Source of the DNA: the human T2T-CHM13v2.0 reference genome, Homo sapiens
DNA: 64,000 bases
Assembly: GCF_009914755.1 (NCBI RefSeq)
Contig: NC_060943.1
Strand: one strand, 5' to 3'
Positions 57,819-64,000 of this stretch are shown piece by piece. Below the pieces are notes generated by a model. It searched no databases, was not told where the DNA came from, and saw only the letters and a program-made list of their open reading frames with translations. Position numbers and translations under genes: made by a program. Position 1 is the first letter of the stretch; each line of letters begins with the position of its first letter.

Positions 57819-58017
57819 TGATCGTCCTGCCTCAGGCTCCCACACAGAATAGAAAAAAAATACCCGGGTATGGTGGCATGCGCCTGTAGTCCTAGCTACT
57901 TGGGAGACTTAAGTGGGAGGATCGCCTAAACCTGGGAAATCGAGGCTGAAGCGAGCCATGATCTCGCGACTGCACTCCAGCCTGGGGCAGAGAGCAAGAC
58001 CCTGTTTCAAGAAATAA

Positions 58018-58408
<391 letters not shown>

Positions 58409-59526
58409 TAACTGTGTTGGCCAGGCTGTTCTTGAACTCCTGACCTCGTGATCCACCCACCCCGGCCTCCCAAAGTGCTGGGATTACAGGCGTGAGCCAC
58501 TGCGCCAGGCCAATTCTTGTATTTTTAGTAGAGGCGGGGTTTCACCATGTTGGCCAGGCTGTTCTCAAACTCCTGGCTTCAAGTGATCTGCCACCTTGCC
58601 TCCCAAAGTGCTGGGATTACAGTCGTGAGCCACCACGCCCAGCTGAAAAGGACTATATGTTTTATGCTCATCTGAGTTTGTGACTGTTCAAAGCTGTGCC
58701 TGCTGCTCTCATATTTCCAGAGGGTTTGGGGGGCTTTGTGAATCTCATGAAGTAATGTACATACCCATGTGTGTATTGCCAGAATGAAGGCATGCCTTAT
58801 CTCATTTCGTCCACACGAAATTTGGCTGATGTGGATGCGGAGGCAGAGCAGGGACAGTCTACTCGTGTGAGGTCACGCAGGTAGAGACAGAGACAGATGT
58901 GGGGCCAGGCAGGCAGCCAGAGGTCCCCAGGCTGCAAAGCCCTGCTGAGTGACACTAATGGCCTGATGTGGCGATGGTGTGCAGCAGGCGGAAAAGAATG
59001 TCTGGGAAATGGTTACAGGGATTTGGCTTCAAGCCTAGCGGAGGCGGGGAATTAGAGGAGGTGGTTCCAGCGTAGCGGGGTGGGGTGAGGGGCGTTTTCT
59101 CATCATCCACTTCCCATGTCCAGCCCCCTCCCTAGTACACATTGTGTGGCTACAAAAACGGTGACCTGTTCTCATGCACAGCTGTGGGAGGGCAGACAGG
59201 GACAGCCACGTTGGAAAACCGTCAGGCTCTATGCAGGCTGGCCACGTGCGCATCCCTTCCTCCACATGCACACACGGGAAATGGGTGCACACACCCGCCA
59301 GGGCACGCAGACACGAATCCCCTTGGCAGCGTCCTTTGTAAGGAACTCAAGGTGGAGACGGCCCAAATATCCGTCAACGGGAAGACTCGCTAGATAAACC
59401 CACTGTGGCGTGTTCCTCGGATGGAATCCCGCACGGCAGTGGGATGATGATCTAGCTGCCCGCAAACCTCTCTGGGCCATCGTTCAAACATGATGTTGAG
59501 CAAAAGCAGAAACAAAGGACGACGTG

Positions 59527-59851
59527 ATCTGCAATTCCTTTTTTATTTTTATTTTTTGACAGAGTCTCGCGCTGTCCCCCAGGCTGGAGTGTAGTGGTGC
59601 GATCTCCGCTCACTGCAAGTGATCCGCCTCCCGGGTTCAAGCGATTCTTCCGCCTCAGCCTCCCCAGTAGCTGGGACTACAGGCGCCCGCCACCACGCCC
59701 GGCTAATTTTTTGCATTTTTAGTAGAGACGGAGTTTCACTGTGTTAGCCAGGATGGTCTCGATCTCCTGACCTCGTGATCTGCTTGCCTCGGCCTCCCAA
59801 AGTGCTGGGATTACAGGCGTGAGCCACCGTGCCCGGCCAATCTGCAATTCC
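59527..59851 (-). mobile_element. Alu with clear 12-bp TSD ATCTGCAATTCC
   Basis: ATCTGCAATTCC at 59527-59538 and 59840-59851. Confidence 0.9.
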
Positions 59852-60779
59852 GTTGATGGAAAGTTCAGAACAGGCAAAGGCACGGGATGGAGCCACAGCT
59901 GCACGCTCATCTGACCTGCGGTCCCTGTAAGGACAGTGATGATGGGAAAGTGAGGAGAGAGGTTTTCTCTGCAGGGACAAGGGGGCTCCAACTGGGCCAC
60001 CTTCTGAGGGGCCTCACTGCAACCTCTGCCTCCCAGGTTCAAGTGATTCTCCTGCCTCAGCCTCCTGAGTAGCTGGGACTACAGGCATGTGCCACCACAC
60101 CTGGCTAATTTTTGTATTTTTAGTAGAGACGAGGTTTTACCATGTTGGCCAGCATGGTCTCGATCTCTTGATCTGATGATACGCCTGCCTCGGCCTCCCA
60201 AAGTGTTGGGATTACAGGCGTGAGTCACCACGCCTGGCCTACAGCCTCCTTTTTTAAGGCTGAATAATATTCCATTGTATGGATGGGCCACATTGCGTGC
60301 ATTCATTCATCAGTCGATAGATACGTCAGTTGCTTGCACATTGTGTTCTGCATTCTTTTCTGGATGTGTGTTATATTTCACACACACAAAAACTTTAAAA
60401 TAACATGCTTTGTTATTTGCATGGCCTGGGATTGAATGGCAGGCACCCCAAGGCAGAGGCGGGGCCCGTGACCTGCCCCGTGGGGCACTTCTCACCTAGT
60501 TCAGTGACTCTCACACCCACGGGTGGGGCACGGTCACACCCACAGTTCCTCTCATTCCATCACCAGCACTGAGGGGTGACATGGGCTCTGCTCACACACT
60601 GGGCCTGGAGGCTGCCCCTCAGGCCAGAGTCCCCACACCCTCCCGAGGCCCAGGGGTTCTCTGTACACTGCCTGTCTCCACTGCCTGCTCTCTGGACAGG
60701 AAACTGGGGTGTGAGGTGACCACAGGCTGTCTGCCCCCAGCCAATCCTAACTGTCCCTCTTGTTCCTCAAACTCTATCA

Positions 60780-60853
60780 CTCGCTCCTTTTTCTCTTATG
60801 CCTCCCTTTCTGCCTCTTTCTCTCTCTCTCTAGGTCTCTGTCTCCTCCCTGGG

Positions 60854-60886
<33 letters not shown>

Positions 60887-61600
60887 GGGTCTCTGTACTC
60901 CCCTGTCTCTGGGTCTCTGTCCCCTCCCCCTTCTGGGTCTCTGTTCCTCTCTCTCTCTCTGAGTCTCTGTCCCCCTCTCTTTGGGTCTCTGTACCAACTC
61001 TCTCTGGGTCTCTGTACCACCTCTCTCTGGGTCTCTGCCCTCACAGTCTCTCTGGGTCTCTTTTTTTTCCTCTCTCTCTCTCTCTGTCCCTCTTTCTCTG
61101 GGTCTCTGTCCCTATCTCTCTGGGTGTTTGTCCCCTTCCTCTCTGAGTCTCTATCCCCTTTCTCTGGGTCTCTGTCCCCCCAACCCTCTGGGTCTCTGTC
61201 CCTCTCTGTCTGGGTCTCTGTCCCCCCCTCTCTCTCTGGGTCTCTATCCCTCTCTCTCTGAGTCTCTGTCCCCCTCTCTCTGGTTCTCTGTCCCCCTCTC
61301 TCTCTCTGGGTCTCTATCCCTCTCTCTCTGAGTCTCTGTCCCCCTCTCTCTGGTTCTCTGTCCCCCTCTCTCTGGGTCTCTATCCCCTGTCTCCTATCTC
61401 TGCCCCTCTCCCTGTGTCTCAGTGCTTTGTCTCCTTTTTCCTGTCTTGCTCCTCCCTCCCTCCCTCCCTCTGTCTGTCCCTCCCTCCCTCCCTTCATTTC
61501 TTCCTTCCTTCCCTCCCTCCCTCTCTCCCTCCCTTCTTTCCCTCCCTCCCTCCCTTCTCTCCTCCCTTCCTTCCTTTCCTCTTGCCTGCCTGCCTTTCAG
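60780..61600. repeat. Pyrimidine-rich degenerate minisatellite (TCTCTGGGTCTCTGTCCC-like) followed by (CCCT/CCTT)n
   Basis: Many imperfect copies of TCTCTGGGTCTCTGTCCC; strong strand asymmetry. Confidence 0.9.
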
Positions 61601-62035
61601 ACTCTGTTTGAGAACCCCATGTTCTGTGTGACATTGGGCAGGAGGCTTCCTCTCTTTGTCCCTCAGTTTCCTCACTGCACCATGGCACTCACTGGGCTGA
61701 CCTGAAACTGAAGGGAATCACTGTGTGTCCTGGACACCTGGTATTAGTGGACGCTGAACCAAACCCACGGCCCACATGGGTTGAGAGTGTGGACTCTGTG
61801 CCAGGCCACATGCCAAGGCCTAGCGCCTCCTTTCATCCTCACGGTGTGCTGTAAGGGAAGCAATGGCATTGTCCCCATCTACAGATGAGGATGATGAGGT
61901 TGTACAACTTGCCCCAAATCGGACAGTGAGTAGGAGGCAGGGCGAGAACTTGAACTCGGGCTGCCCGGCCTCAGAGCCTGTGCTCTAACCCTACGCTGTG
62001 AGGGTTTCATATTGGCTGTTACGTGTATCGGTAAT

Positions 62036-62240
62036 CGGGATTTCCCAACGTCAGCGCTACTGACGTTTGGGGCTGGATGATCCGTCCTTGTAGGCCCCGA
62101 CCTGTGCACGGTATAGGATGTGGGCAGCATCTCTGGCCTTTACTCACTAAATGCCAGCAGCACCCGCACTCCCAGCTGTGACAACCATAGATGTCCGTAG
62201 ATAATGCCAAAAGTCCCCCACCTGTGAATCACTGTATTCA
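62036..62240 (-). mobile_element. MER20 fossil (antisense)
   Basis: Reverse-complement similarity to 47612-47830. Confidence 0.6.
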
Positions 62241-62273
62241 ACACAGTGTGCAGGATCAAGAATACACGGTACT

Positions 62274-63102
<829 letters not shown>

Positions 63103-63416
63103 TTAAAAAAGTTTAAAAGGTAGTTTTTTTTTTTAAAGAGTGTGGGCTGTAGTGTCAGGATCCCAGCTTTGCCCCTTATGAACTGTGTGACCTGTGCATA
63201 TCCCCCCGTACCTCAGCGTCCTTGTCTGTAAAATGAAGACAACATTAGCATCTCTACAATAGTTTCGCTGTGAGGGGCAAATGGGATGATGAATTTAAAA
63301 TCCTTGTACACAGACATCGTTCTGTAAATGTGAGCTGGGAGCACAGAGGTATGGCCTGTGAGTCACCTGAAAATTCTGTTTGGTGAGAACTCAGCTCACA
63401 TCCTCTCTCCCACTAG

Positions 63417-63999
<583 letters not shown>

Positions 64000-64000
64000 T

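Noticed and set aside
60581-61705. 226-aa and 233-aa Ser/Leu- or Arg/Glu-rich ORFs
   Set aside because: Low-complexity CT/GA repeat lacking stop codons.

Overview
Primate (very probably human chr19q13.33) genomic DNA, not prokaryotic. Left half (1-31506): the right end of a ~5.39-kb tandem array (6 units, the last truncated). Each unit is a mosaic of L1, Alu, LTR and MER fragments and carries one minus-strand 120-nt Pol III snaR gene (SNAR-B type), with an upstream module of AT-rich element, CCAAT, CRE and CTCF motif. A divergent seventh snaR (SNAR-D type, 31644-31762) follows, and its upstream module is replaced by a head-to-head SVA (31779-33311). Right half: Alu-dense DNA containing an orphan CpG-rich promoter-like island with two inverted ZNF143 motifs (~39.3-39.85 kb) and the complete 7-exon IZUMO2 gene on the minus strand (CDS 54634->44051, 221 aa, reconstructed exon by exon). 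The snaR family and IZUMO2 are known. What may be undescribed is the architecture: six SNAR-B copies in a near-identical recent expansion with mosaic ends, a CRE+CTCF module in each unit that is point-mutated only in the terminal copy, and an SVA promoter swap at SNAR-D. Locus and subtype names rest on recall and were not checked against a database.
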